Shown: piece by piece, positions 19,687 through 29,336 of the stretch | How the letters are laid out: each line of letters starts with the position of its first letter | Position numbering within the stretch: the first letter of the stretch is position 1 | Assembly: GCA_964490375.1 (NCBI GenBank) | Contig: CAZBAZ010000001.1 | Location: forward strand, 18,690-75,438 | Source: an uncultured Clostridium sp. | Lineage (GTDB): Bacteria > Bacillota_I > Bacilli_A > RF39 > UBA660 | Direction of reading: 5' to 3' | DNA length: 56,749 bases | The notes under the pieces: generated by a model | Seen by the model: only the letters and a program-made list of their open reading frames with translations | What the model was told of the DNA's origin: nothing | The model's database searches: none | Program-made: the position numbers and the translations under genes

Positions 19687-20871
19687 TTAACTCCATCTAC
19701 TAAAGAAACTCTTTCCTTTTGCTGGGAAATTTACATAGTTTCTTGGGTCTGTATAACTACTACCATACATTATACCAAAATGTAGATGTGGACCCGTTGT
19801 ACAATAATCATAACTTTCTCCACCACCTGATGTACCTATTATGGTATTTAAAGTTACATAATCATTTAAAGAAACTTTAATTGTATGTAAATGCATATAA
19901 ACAGTTGTGTATTCTTTTCCATTGACTCGATGTTTTATATATACCATATTACCTCCACAACTGGAGTTTTTCTTGTTTGGATTAGATACTCTTGTTATTT
20001 TGCTTACAATTCCAGCGGCACTTGCATATACACTTGTACCTGTTGGGACACCAATATCAACTCCATTATGCATTCTATAATAGTGAAGAGTCGGATGGTA
20101 TCTCATTCCATAATTACTACTCATATAGCCTCTTGTAACTGGTCTTGTAAAACCATTCGCATAAGGAATATTTATACAATCTATTATGCTTGTAGTTTCT
20201 TTACAATTATATTGTTTGTAAAGTTTTTCATATGCTTCTACTTCTTTTTTACTTGCTTCTAGGTCAGCTTTAGCATCTTTATGGTCATCAACTAAATCAT
20301 CCATAGTTAAATTAGATGATTTTAATTTTTCATTTAGTTTATCTATTGTAGATTCTGATTTTTCAATTTGTTCATTTAAATCTTTTTGTTTTTGCTTATT
20401 TTCATCAATCAAATTATTCATTTCATCTATTAATTCATCATTATATTTAGTTAATTGTTCAACTACTGATGCTCTATAAATAAAATCCGTAAATGAAGAT
20501 GCTCCAAATATGTATTCTAGATAAACATTATCTTCTCCAGACAATTGTTTAAATGATACTAAATTATCTATTTCACCCTGTTTATTTTCTATTTCTTCAT
20601 TTAATTCTTCTATTTTATTTTTTGATTCTTCTATGTCTTTTTCACATTGTTCTATTTCGCTAGCATATTTTGCTAAATCAGTTTCCATTGCTTTTATTTC
20701 TTTTTCTACTTTTGATTTTTGTGAATTTATAGAGTTAACTTTTGCTTGGTCTTCAGCAAGTTTATCTTTTAAATCTTTTAAAGTTGTTTTATTGCTAGTA
20801 GCACTAACGTTAAAGATGAATGTGAAGAAACATAATAATATTAAAATTTTTTTAAATATATTCTTCATCAT
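19687..20871 (-). CDS. Coiled-coil M23 peptidase (FtsEX-associated peptidoglycan hydrolase)
   Basis: Signal peptide, long coiled coil, intact HNGVD and HLH zinc motifs; overlaps the ftsX stop. Confidence 0.88.
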   Translation of the reverse strand: MMKNIFKKILILLCFFTFIFNVSATSNKTTLKDLKDKLAEDQAKVNSINSQKSKVEKEIKAMETDLAKYASEIEQCEKDIEESKNKIEELNEEIENKQGEIDNLVSFKQLSGEDNVYLEYIFGASSFTDFIYRASVVEQLTKYNDELIDEMNNLIDENKQKQKDLNEQIEKSESTIDKLNEKLKSSNLTMDDLVDDHKDAKADLEASKKEVEAYEKLYKQYNCKETTSIIDCINIPYANGFTRPVTRGYMSSNYGMRYHPTLHYYRMHNGVDIGVPTGTSVYASAAGIVSKITRVSNPNKKNSSCGGNMVYIKHRVNGKEYTTVYMHLHTIKVSLNDYVTLNTIIGTSGGGESYDYCTTGPHLHFGIMYGSSYTDPRNYVNFPAKGKSFFSRWS

Positions 20872-21767
20872 ACTTTTAAATATTTCCTTACTGCTCTATA
20901 ACTACCAAAAGCTCCGACTAATACTCCAATAATCATTAATGCAAATACAATTGTATATAATAATTCTGATGGTTTTACAAGTTTAATAATATTTGTAAAT
21001 ACTTTTCCTCCCATCTTATCATATAAATATGCATATCCATAACAGCAAGCGGCTATTGGAAGAATTGAACCAATAAATCCAATAATTATTCCTTCAAAGA
21101 AGAAAGGTTGTTTTATAAACATATTGCTTGCTCCGACTAAACGTCTTATTTCTATTTCTCTTCTTCTTGATTGAATTGTTATTTTAATAGTATTACTAAT
21201 TAAGAAACATGTTACGATAATAAGACCAATAACTATAATGTATGTTGCTTTTTTTACTAAATTAAATATTTTGACTAATTCTTCTACTGAACCTTCTCCA
21301 TATTTAACTACATCTACATTTTCAATCTTTTTTAATTCATCTGCTGTTTCTCCTATTTTATTTATATTTTCTACTTTAACTAAAAATGTATCTTGTAATG
21401 GATTTGTTTCTTCTGTATATTCAGATAATACACTATTAAATACATCCGATTCTTTTTGCATTGATGCTTTTACATTTTCTCTTGAATTGAATGTTACTTC
21501 TTTTATGTTACTTAACATATTTATTTTTTCTTCAACAAATGCTATTTGATCTGTTGTTGCTTTTCTTTTCAAGAATACAACTATATTTAAATCTCCTTCT
21601 ATTTCTTTAGTAAAATTATTTACATTGTATGAAAGTATTATACTAAAACCAACCAGTATTAAAGTTATTGCTATACATGAAATACTTGCAAGTGAAAGAG
21701 AGAAGTTTCTAAAAACACCTTTGAATGATTCATCAATATTTGTTAATAATATTCTAATCGCTTTCAC
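20868..21767 (-). CDS. ftsX: Cell division permease FtsX
   Basis: Four-TM layout; NPLQDTF; ISNTIKITIQSRRREIEIRRLVGA; follows ftsE. Confidence 0.95.
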   Translation of the reverse strand: MKAIRILLTNIDESFKGVFRNFSLSLASISCIAITLILVGFSIILSYNVNNFTKEIEGDLNIVVFLKRKATTDQIAFVEEKINMLSNIKEVTFNSRENVKASMQKESDVFNSVLSEYTEETNPLQDTFLVKVENINKIGETADELKKIENVDVVKYGEGSVEELVKIFNLVKKATYIIVIGLIIVTCFLISNTIKITIQSRRREIEIRRLVGASNMFIKQPFFFEGIIIGFIGSILPIAACCYGYAYLYDKMGGKVFTNIIKLVKPSELLYTIVFALMIIGVLVGAFGSYRAVRKYLKV

Positions 21768-22452
21768 TTCTATAATTTCCTTTCAATGTATCTTTTATAA
21801 TTAATCCTTTGTCTAGTTTTACAACTCTTTTTTTCATTTTGTTTACTATGTCTTCAGCATGTGTTGCCATTATAATTGTTGTACCTAATTCTTTATTAAT
21901 ATCATCTATAACTTTCATTATTTCCATTGATGTTTTTGGATCTAAATTACCTGTTGGCTCATCACATATTAGTACTTTTGGATCATTTACTATTGCTCTT
22001 GCAATTGATACTCTTTGCTGTTCTCCACCAGATAATTCTTCTGGATAACTTCTTAATTTATCTTTAAGCCCAACTTGTTCTATAGCTTTTATTGTTCTTT
22101 TTCTTACTTCGCTTTCTTTTAAGCCATATATTTCTAAAGCAAATGCTACATTTTCAAATACTGTTTTTTTAGGTAATAATTTATAATCTTGAAAAACAAT
22201 TCCTAATTTTCTTCTTAATTTATAAATTCTACCATTTCTTAATTTAGCAACATTTATGCCACCAACATATACTTCTCCTCTTGTTGGCTTTTCTTGTCTA
22301 TATAAAAGTTTTATTAATGTTGATTTTCCACTTCCAGATTCTCCTATAATAAATACAAATTCACCTTTTGATATGCCTAAATTAACATCACATAATGCTG
22401 TTACGCCATTTGTATATCTTTTGGTTACATCTCTTATTTCTATTAACTGCAT
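21754..22452 (-). CDS. ftsE: Cell division ATP-binding protein FtsE
   Basis: GESGSGKST; VFQDYKLL; LSGGEQQRV; DEPTGNLD; upstream of ftsX. Confidence 0.95.
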   Translation of the reverse strand: MQLIEIRDVTKRYTNGVTALCDVNLGISKGEFVFIIGESGSGKSTLIKLLYRQEKPTRGEVYVGGINVAKLRNGRIYKLRRKLGIVFQDYKLLPKKTVFENVAFALEIYGLKESEVRKRTIKAIEQVGLKDKLRSYPEELSGGEQQRVSIARAIVNDPKVLICDEPTGNLDPKTSMEIMKVIDDINKELGTTIIMATHAEDIVNKMKKRVVKLDKGLIIKDTLKGNYRSESD

Positions 22453-22489
22453 AAATTCCTCCTATCTAATTATAAATTTATTAATATAA

Positions 22490-23410
22490 TTATCCAATGG
22501 CAATTTTTTCCTTTTTAGTACCACCTAATACTTCATAGCAGTCACTTACAACTATGAAAGCATCTGGGTCTATTTCATGAATTGCATCTTTAAGTAATGT
22601 ATACTTTTCTGTTGGTACTACGCACATAAGCATTTTCTTTCTTTTATGAGAATAAGCTCCTTTTATATCTAATTCTGTTACTCCGCTTTCTATAATTTTC
22701 ATTACAAAGTCTGCAACTTCATCTGGATAATTTGTTTGAATAAAGAAGTTTTTTGAATTGCTTATTCCAATTAATATTTTGTCTACTAAGTATGTTGCTA
22801 ACATTGTAATAATAATTGAATACATTACTGATGTATATCCAAATACAAATGCTCCACTTGCTATTATTACGACAGAAATAATTCTCAATATTTTACCTAA
22901 TGGCATTTTTTTATAATGCTGTATTACTATTGCAATTATGCTTGTTCCACCTGTATTAAATCCTGACTTATATACTAATGCTTCTCCAAAGCCACCTACA
23001 ACGCCCGCTGCTAAAACATATAATAGTATGTTATCAAATGAAAAATGTATCATTTCTGGTATATCTGAGGTTGCATAAATAAATAAAGTATATACACTTG
23101 CTCCTATTATTGACATTAAAGATTCTTTAAATCCTAATGTAATAATACTTATTATTATAAATATTATATTTCCAATTAGAATAATAACACTTGAATTTAA
23201 TGAAAAGAGTTTATTTAAAATTACTGCTAAACCACCTAAACTACCACTTACAAAATTATTTGGTAAACAAAATAAATTAAATGATAATGCAGATATTAAT
23301 GCTCCAAATACAAACATAAATGATTGTTTTGCTATATTTTTTGAAAATAATTTTTCATTTACCATTTTACTATTAATTTTTTTAAATAACTTCATATTCT
23401 CTTCTCCCAT
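22490..23410 (-). CDS. YitT family membrane protein
   Basis: GSLGG, GFNTGGT, G.T...GAYS..K...LMCVV, IDPDAFIV. The start could be 23410 or the next Met. Confidence 0.88.
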   Translation of the reverse strand: MGEENMKLFKKINSKMVNEKLFSKNIAKQSFMFVFGALISALSFNLFCLPNNFVSGSLGGLAVILNKLFSLNSSVIILIGNIIFIIISIITLGFKESLMSIIGASVYTLFIYATSDIPEMIHFSFDNILLYVLAAGVVGGFGEALVYKSGFNTGGTSIIAIVIQHYKKMPLGKILRIISVVIIASGAFVFGYTSVMYSIIITMLATYLVDKILIGISNSKNFFIQTNYPDEVADFVMKIIESGVTELDIKGAYSHKRKKMLMCVVPTEKYTLLKDAIHEIDPDAFIVVSDCYEVLGGTKKEKIAIG

Positions 23411-23494
23411 TTTAAATTATAGCAAAATTTGATATTTTTTTCTATAGGTGCAATAATACTTTTCATTCAAATGTAAAAGAAGAATTGCTTCTTC

Positions 23495-24577
23495 TTACTT
23501 TTTTAAATATTCGTCTAAAAATTCTTGTATTTCTCCATCTAATACTTTATCAACGCTTGATGTTTCATGGTTCGTTCTACTATCTTTAACTAATGTATAC
23601 GGACACATGACATAACTTCTAATTGCGCTTCCAAAGTTTACATCCATTATGTCTCCTTTTAATTCTTTGACTTTGTCATTAAATTCATTTAAATTAAGCA
23701 TGAATAGTTTACTTTTTAGCATTTCCATAGCTCTTTCTTTATTTTTTATTTGACTTCTTTCTATTTGACAAGATGTTACTAATCCTGTAGGTAAGTGTGT
23801 TATTCTTACTGCTGAATCTGTTGTATTTACTCCTTGGCCACCACATCCACTAGATCTATAAACATCTATTCTTAAGTCGCTTTCTTTTATTTCAACATTT
23901 AAATCTTTATTTATTTCTGGTGTAACTAATACTGAAGCAAATGATGTATGACGCCTACTATTACTATCAAATGGACTAATTCTTACTAGTCTATGTACTC
24001 CTGTTTCTCCTTTTAAATAACCAAATGGATAGTTACCCTTAACTAGTAAAACAGCACCTTTTATACCTACTTCTTCGCCATCGTTTTTACTTATTATTTC
24101 ATATTTATAATCATTTTTTTCAAAGTATCTTGTGTACATTCTAAGTAACATATTAGCCCAATCATTGCTTTCTGTTCCACCTGCTCCTGAATGTATTTCT
24201 ATGTATGCATTAGATGAATCATATTCACCATTTAAAAAAGTTGCTAGTTTTAAATCATTTATTTTCAAATCTATTTCTTCTATTTCTGTTATCAGAGATG
24301 CTAAGTCTTCTTCTCCTAATTCTAGTTCTAACATTTCTTTTAATGTGCTTACATTATCAAAAATATTATCATATTTATTAATAATATTATTTAATCTTTT
24401 TTGTTCTTCTAATACAGGTTTTGTACTTTCTATGTCATTCCAAAAATCTAGACTTGATGATATTTTATTTAATTCTTCCATTCTTTTCTTTTTATCATCT
24501 ATTTCTAGTTTGTTTTTTAAATCACCTAGTGAACTTAAAAATTCATTAATCTTTTTTTCTATTTCCTTTGTTTCCAT
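23495..24577 (-). CDS. prfB: Peptide chain release factor 2, continuous ORF without programmed frameshift
   Basis: GAGGTES, ISPFD (SPF motif), GGQGVN, RHTSFASV. Confidence 0.96.
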   Translation of the reverse strand: METKEIEKKINEFLSSLGDLKNKLEIDDKKKRMEELNKISSSLDFWNDIESTKPVLEEQKRLNNIINKYDNIFDNVSTLKEMLELELGEEDLASLITEIEEIDLKINDLKLATFLNGEYDSSNAYIEIHSGAGGTESNDWANMLLRMYTRYFEKNDYKYEIISKNDGEEVGIKGAVLLVKGNYPFGYLKGETGVHRLVRISPFDSNSRRHTSFASVLVTPEINKDLNVEIKESDLRIDVYRSSGCGGQGVNTTDSAVRITHLPTGLVTSCQIERSQIKNKERAMEMLKSKLFMLNLNEFNDKVKELKGDIMDVNFGSAIRSYVMCPYTLVKDSRTNHETSSVDKVLDGEIQEFLDEYLKK

Positions 24578-24619
24578 ACTAAAATTATAACATTAATATA
24601 AAAAAAAGAATAGGATAAC

Positions 24620-25111
24620 CTATTCAGTTTTATCATTAACTATAAATTCATTTTTGATTTTTTCACAATAAGAAGATTTATTTTCAGATTTATATTCTTC
24701 TATAATAGCGTCTAATAATTCATCTTGCATTTCACTTGCAAATCCATGAAATATTTTATCTCCAATTATAGTGTATGGAATACCTGATGATTCATCTTTA
24801 TTTAATTCTTTAAATTTATTCATTATGTTTGAATTGTCTTCGTTAAACCAAGTTTCAAATCCGTATACATCAAAGTAACTACTATATCTTTTTGATATCT
24901 TTTCTAAATATTCAAATTCTTTTTTACAATGAGGACATCCATCTCCCCAAAATATAAATACATTTACTTTAGAACTATTGCAATCAATCATGTCAAGTGT
25001 AGCATTTTTTTCTATTGTATTTGTTGCTCTATTAAAAAGCATTAATATTAATAATAAAATTATAAATATTAAAGATATACCAACGATTATTAATTTATTA
25101 CTTTTTTTCAT
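24620..25111 (-). CDS. Membrane-anchored thioredoxin/glutaredoxin-like protein (CPHC)
   Basis: N-terminal TM; FWGDGCPHC; GIPYTIIG. Confidence 0.8.
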   Translation of the reverse strand: MKKSNKLIIVGISLIFIILLLILMLFNRATNTIEKNATLDMIDCNSSKVNVFIFWGDGCPHCKKEFEYLEKISKRYSSYFDVYGFETWFNEDNSNIMNKFKELNKDESSGIPYTIIGDKIFHGFASEMQDELLDAIIEEYKSENKSSYCEKIKNEFIVNDKTE

Positions 25112-25114
25112 ATT

Positions 25115-25567
25115 TTACTCCTTGCTTAAATAAACATATTTTTCCATCCAAGTTTTAAAATCATTTACTGATTCATAGTATATTAGATCATCATCGCTAT
25201 CTGCTTTTAAATATGCTTTATATTCTCCATTATTATACACTATTACTGATGGATAATATTTTAAAAAATCATAAATTTTTGTTTTTTTGACGTCTGCCCA
25301 TTTCATTTTGTAAAAAGATATATTATTTTCATTACTAAAATCTTCTACTATTTTGCTAAATTTTGCTGATGTTGTACACCCTGGCATATAAATTAATAAT
25401 GCAAATGAATCCTTTTCTTCTATTAAATTATTATATTCTGTATCTGATATTTCTTTTATTTCTATATTTGAATAATAAGAGTCATTTAAATAGAATTTCT
25501 CTATTTTTTCTTCTTTTGAGCAACCAATTAATAAACAACATGTTAACAATAAAAGTATTTTTTTCAT
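25115..25567 (-). CDS. Thioredoxin-fold lipoprotein with a CxxS motif
   Basis: Lipobox LIGC; YMPGCTTS; YYPSVIVY cis-Pro-like loop. Start taken at MKKILL (25567). Confidence 0.6.
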   Translation of the reverse strand: MKKILLLLTCCLLIGCSKEEKIEKFYLNDSYYSNIEIKEISDTEYNNLIEEKDSFALLIYMPGCTTSAKFSKIVEDFSNENNISFYKMKWADVKKTKIYDFLKYYPSVIVYNNGEYKAYLKADSDDDLIYYESVNDFKTWMEKYVYLSKE

Positions 25568-25568
25568 T

Positions 25569-26222
25569 TTATGCCTCATGTAAAGAATCAAAATTTATAT
25601 TATGATATGGTATTTTATAAAATTGATATGAAGTTTCACCATATTTTGTAGTTTTTACTTCAACATTATTTTTTCCTTCATAATACCAGTATCCACCAAC
25701 ATTATAAATTTTATTTTCATCCCATCCAAGTGAAACTAATAAGTTTTTAGTGAATCCTGCATATCCTCCACCACCACACATTAAGAAAATATTTTTATCT
25801 TTTGGAAATAAATATTCTAATATATCAAGTGATTCTTTATAATTAGCAACATATTTACCATTTTCATCTAATCTAAACAATGTTTTACCTGTATAACCTT
25901 CTCCAATTTCTTCTGGTAAGCCAAATAATGGTGCTAGATATGGATAAGGAACTACTTCAAATCCTTTTACAAAGCCTGATATATAAGAGTCTCCGCCAAT
26001 GTTTTCATATACTCCATCATCTTTAAGCATTCTCATGTCTCTATAAACACTATCTTCACGATTTAAATAATTATCAATAGTACTCTCATTTATATTTTTA
26101 TCTATACCAAGTTGACCTCTTTGTCCTTCTGATAATTCTGGTTGTGGTAGTGTACTTAGTGTTTCTTTTGTACAACCACACATGCAAATTATTAATAAAA
26201 TACTTATTATAACTTTTTTCAT
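25569..26222 (-). CDS. Rhodanese-like lipoprotein
   Basis: Lipobox MCGC; VYRDMR; IFLMCGGGGYAG active loop; IYNVGGY. Start ATG 26222 follows AAGGAG. Confidence 0.7.
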   Translation of the reverse strand: MKKVIISILLIICMCGCTKETLSTLPQPELSEGQRGQLGIDKNINESTIDNYLNREDSVYRDMRMLKDDGVYENIGGDSYISGFVKGFEVVPYPYLAPLFGLPEEIGEGYTGKTLFRLDENGKYVANYKESLDILEYLFPKDKNIFLMCGGGGYAGFTKNLLVSLGWDENKIYNVGGYWYYEGKNNVEVKTTKYGETSYQFYKIPYHNINFDSLHEA

Positions 26223-26309
26223 ATAATTACTCCTTTCACTTAAAATATAACTTAATTTATTAAATTTATATATAATCCTTAAGTTGAATTTGCTCAACTA
26301 TCGGTTGAG

Positions 26310-27002
26310 TTACTTTTCGCAACTATTTCCAAGTGACAAAGGAACTTTATATGTTATAGTTTTATTATCATTATTTACTGCTTTTATTTCTAAATATAAT
26401 TCATTATCTTTATATTCTTTACATGAACTTGTATAGTTATCTATTACAAATGTTACATTTTCTAAAAAAGTATCTAACTTTACATTTTTTTCGTAAAATG
26501 ATTCATTACTTACTTTTTTTATAATGTCATTATGCGTTTCATATAATGTACAATCTATGCTTTTATAAATATTTTCATCTTCTTCACCACAATATTCAAT
26601 ATTAGTAATATATATAGCTGACTTTGTTTTATTATATGAAATACTACCAGAGATTTTAAAATCTTCGCATGAAGTAGATATAGATTTAAAGTAAAATGAA
26701 CCGTTAAGTTTCAGACAATATATAACGCATAATAAAGAAATTACTACACATAAAATTATTATAATGTATATTTTTTTATCTTTTTTTACATTTTTATATT
26801 CGCCATCATAAAATTCTTCTAAACTAATATTAAAGTCTTTTGACATTTGTTTTATAAGGGAAATATCTGGCATATTCTTGCCATTTTCCCATTTTGAAAC
26901 AGCTTGGTATGTAACATTATATTTTTCTGCAAGTTCTGCCTGAGTTAAATTATTCTTTTTTCTAATCTCTTTAATAAATTTTCCTATTTTTTCTTGATTC
27001 AT
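26310..27002 (-). CDS. Membrane-anchored XRE-family HTH regulator
   Basis: IGKFIKEIRKKNNLTQAELAEK...QAVSKWENG, then one TM helix and a C-terminal domain. Confidence 0.85.
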   Translation of the reverse strand: MNQEKIGKFIKEIRKKNNLTQAELAEKYNVTYQAVSKWENGKNMPDISLIKQMSKDFNISLEEFYDGEYKNVKKDKKIYIIIILCVVISLLCVIYCLKLNGSFYFKSISTSCEDFKISGSISYNKTKSAIYITNIEYCGEEDENIYKSIDCTLYETHNDIIKKVSNESFYEKNVKLDTFLENVTFVIDNYTSSCKEYKDNELYLEIKAVNNDNKTITYKVPLSLGNSCEK

Positions 27003-27087
27003 AATTTACTCCAACATAAATATTATACCATTTTTTAGGTTCTACATCAATTTTGCATTTATAAAAATAGTATGACTAAGCATACCA

Positions 27088-27729
27088 TTAATTTTTATAC
27101 ATTTCTCTGTTAAAATAAAGAGACCTAAATATATCTAATTGTTTAGAATTATATGTTATATCAAAGCCGTAATTACTTAAATCTTCAACCAATCTATTTT
27201 TTTGCATATCTTGTGGTAATGTTGATAAATTGTTATTACTAAATGTGCAAATTAATCCTAAATTTCCTATTCTTCTTAATTTAATTACTGCTTTTGACGT
27301 TGGTACTGTAAACTGATATTCAGTATAATTTAAATCAAATACTTTTTTAAATCCTCTTGAATTAATTATTTCAATTGTTTTTGACATAGTACTTTCACTA
27401 GTAAATGTGCCATTAAATAATTTAGAATCTTGTTTATTAAATCCTGATGTATCTAAATTTTCATACCACATCTTTTTCTTTTCATTATTGTTAATTAAAC
27501 CAAAGAATTTTTTATCTTTATGTTCTGTTCCACCAATCACTTTACTACATCTTAATATTGTACATAGTGGTTCTATTTGCTCTTCTGTTTTATCACTTAA
27601 ATCTGATTTAGTCCAATATATATCATGCTTTTCTATTGTTAAAGTGTTTGGTATTTTATGAGCAGTTAATAATTGATAATATTTATCATAATTACCATCT
27701 AACTTAAAACTAACTTCTATTGTATTCAT
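27088..27729 (-). CDS. Hypothetical protein, possibly degenerate CYTH/TTM fold
   Basis: IEVSFK N-terminus, HDIYW, ILRCS and GNLG resemble CYTH strands, but the acidic metal ligands are incomplete. Confidence 0.4.
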   Translation of the reverse strand: MNTIEVSFKLDGNYDKYYQLLTAHKIPNTLTIEKHDIYWTKSDLSDKTEEQIEPLCTILRCSKVIGGTEHKDKKFFGLINNNEKKKMWYENLDTSGFNKQDSKLFNGTFTSESTMSKTIEIINSRGFKKVFDLNYTEYQFTVPTSKAVIKLRRIGNLGLICTFSNNNLSTLPQDMQKNRLVEDLSNYGFDITYNSKQLDIFRSLYFNREMYKN

Positions 27730-27785
27730 CTTATCACCATATAGATTATAACATAATTTTTGATATTTAATAAACTTGTTGCCCT

Positions 27786-28622
27786 TTATCTACATTTATT
27801 TAACATTTCTTGTTTAGAATATTTATATATATTTAATTTTTTTCTATCACATTTAAATTTTAGTTCACTCTTTTCATATTTATCTTTAACATCTTTGAAT
27901 AAGTCTTCTAAAGTATCATATTCATATATTCCTTTTAAATTAGTACATGCATGTTCGAACCAATAATATTTATTATTTTTTTGAAATGTTAAAAATGTAT
28001 GTAATCTTTCAAAATCATTGTCTTTATATATAATAATATATGATTCTGTTGGATAACTAAAATAATATCTTTCTAATTCAACCTGTTCTATACATATTCC
28101 AAGTTTAGACTTAATTAATTCTTTTGGTGATTGATAGTGCCAATTATTTCTAATGCTTGAATCTATTTTTAATTGTCTATTTCCATTTTTATCAATCCAT
28201 CCATATTCAATATTTTCCATTAAATTCATTATTTCGTTTTCATTATAGTAATTCCATATATTAAGTTTTCCTTTAACTTCTATTTTATCAATTACTTCAA
28301 TATTATCTAATATCCATGCATACCTACCTACTTCATATTGTCCACATTTATATTCGATTGGATCTGACTTTTTAAGATTATCAATATATTCTTGTGACAT
28401 ATAAATACAATCTATAAGTTTACATTTACATAATAATTTTCCATTATTTGTCTTAATATTTTTTAATAATGGTATGATACTATTATTCATTTCTTTGGTA
28501 TCTTTACCAGCATGAATATATAAATAGCCTCTATAATTAGTTTTCCAACTTCTTGTTTCTATTTTTTTTATTCCATTACTTATTAATGAAGCATATGGTT
28601 CTTTTATAGTTATAGTTTTCAT
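27786..28622 (-). CDS. ASCH domain fused to a transglutaminase-like (Cys-His-acid) domain
   Basis: TIKEPYASLI..GIKKIETR..YIHA (ASCH); GICIEQVELER...LHTFL...WFEH. Start ATG 28622 follows GGAGG. Confidence 0.7.
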   Translation of the reverse strand: MKTITIKEPYASLISNGIKKIETRSWKTNYRGYLYIHAGKDTKEMNNSIIPLLKNIKTNNGKLLCKCKLIDCIYMSQEYIDNLKKSDPIEYKCGQYEVGRYAWILDNIEVIDKIEVKGKLNIWNYYNENEIMNLMENIEYGWIDKNGNRQLKIDSSIRNNWHYQSPKELIKSKLGICIEQVELERYYFSYPTESYIIIYKDNDFERLHTFLTFQKNNKYYWFEHACTNLKGIYEYDTLEDLFKDVKDKYEKSELKFKCDRKKLNIYKYSKQEMLNKCR

Positions 28623-28730
28623 AGTTGCCTCCTTTGATATTATAACATACTTTTGAGTGTCCAATAGTCATTTTGATATTTACTTATTATTTAAGTTATA
28701 CTACAATTATTATAGAAAGGAGAATTAATC

Positions 28731-29282
28731 ATGTTAAAAAAATTAAATAAGTTTTTATATTCATCTATTATAATATCTGCAATAATGTTTATAATTGGAT
28801 TAATATTTATGATATATCCTGATATTTCTTTTAAAACTATAACATATATTTTATCAATAGTATTAATTGCTATTGGATTATATTTTGTTATAGAAAAAGA
28901 ATCAAGTATATTCTTTTCTAACTTTTTAACTCTTGGTGTTGTTGATATTTTACTTGGTCTTATTATGATATTAAATCCAAACATTATAAAAACATTATTC
29001 CCTATTGTAGTTGGTATAATAATGATAGCTAAATCATCTTTAGACTTAAGACTATCTATATTACTTCATAATTGCAATTATAGTAGTTGGTTATCAATAT
29101 TTATTTGTTCATTAATATCTATTATTTGTGGATTAATTATAATAATTAATCCAAATCTAGGTACTATTGCATTAACAACTTCTCTTGGAATAATAATTAT
29201 GTTATTTGCAATTTCTAATATTATTGACACTTTATTATTTAAAAAAGATATTAAAGAAATTTCAAAATTATTGGGTAAATAA
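28731..29282 (+). CDS. HdeD/DUF308 family membrane protein
   Basis: Six short TM helices with repeated IGLI.+IYP / LGLI+ILNP / GLIII.NP pattern; AAGGAG RBS. Confidence 0.8.
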   Translation: MLKKLNKFLYSSIIISAIMFIIGLIFMIYPDISFKTITYILSIVLIAIGLYFVIEKESSIFFSNFLTLGVVDILLGLIMILNPNIIKTLFPIVVGIIMIAKSSLDLRLSILLHNCNYSSWLSIFICSLISIICGLIIIINPNLGTIALTTSLGIIIMLFAISNIIDTLLFKKDIKEISKLLGK

Positions 29283-29285
29283 AAT

Positions 29286-29317
29286 AAAACCTCATTTTAT
29301 ACATTTAATGAGGTTTT
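29286..29317. terminator. Bidirectional terminator between convergent genes
   Basis: aaaacctcatt-N10-aatgaggtttt. Confidence 0.7.
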
Positions 29318-29336
29318 TGTGTGCATTATTTTTAGT

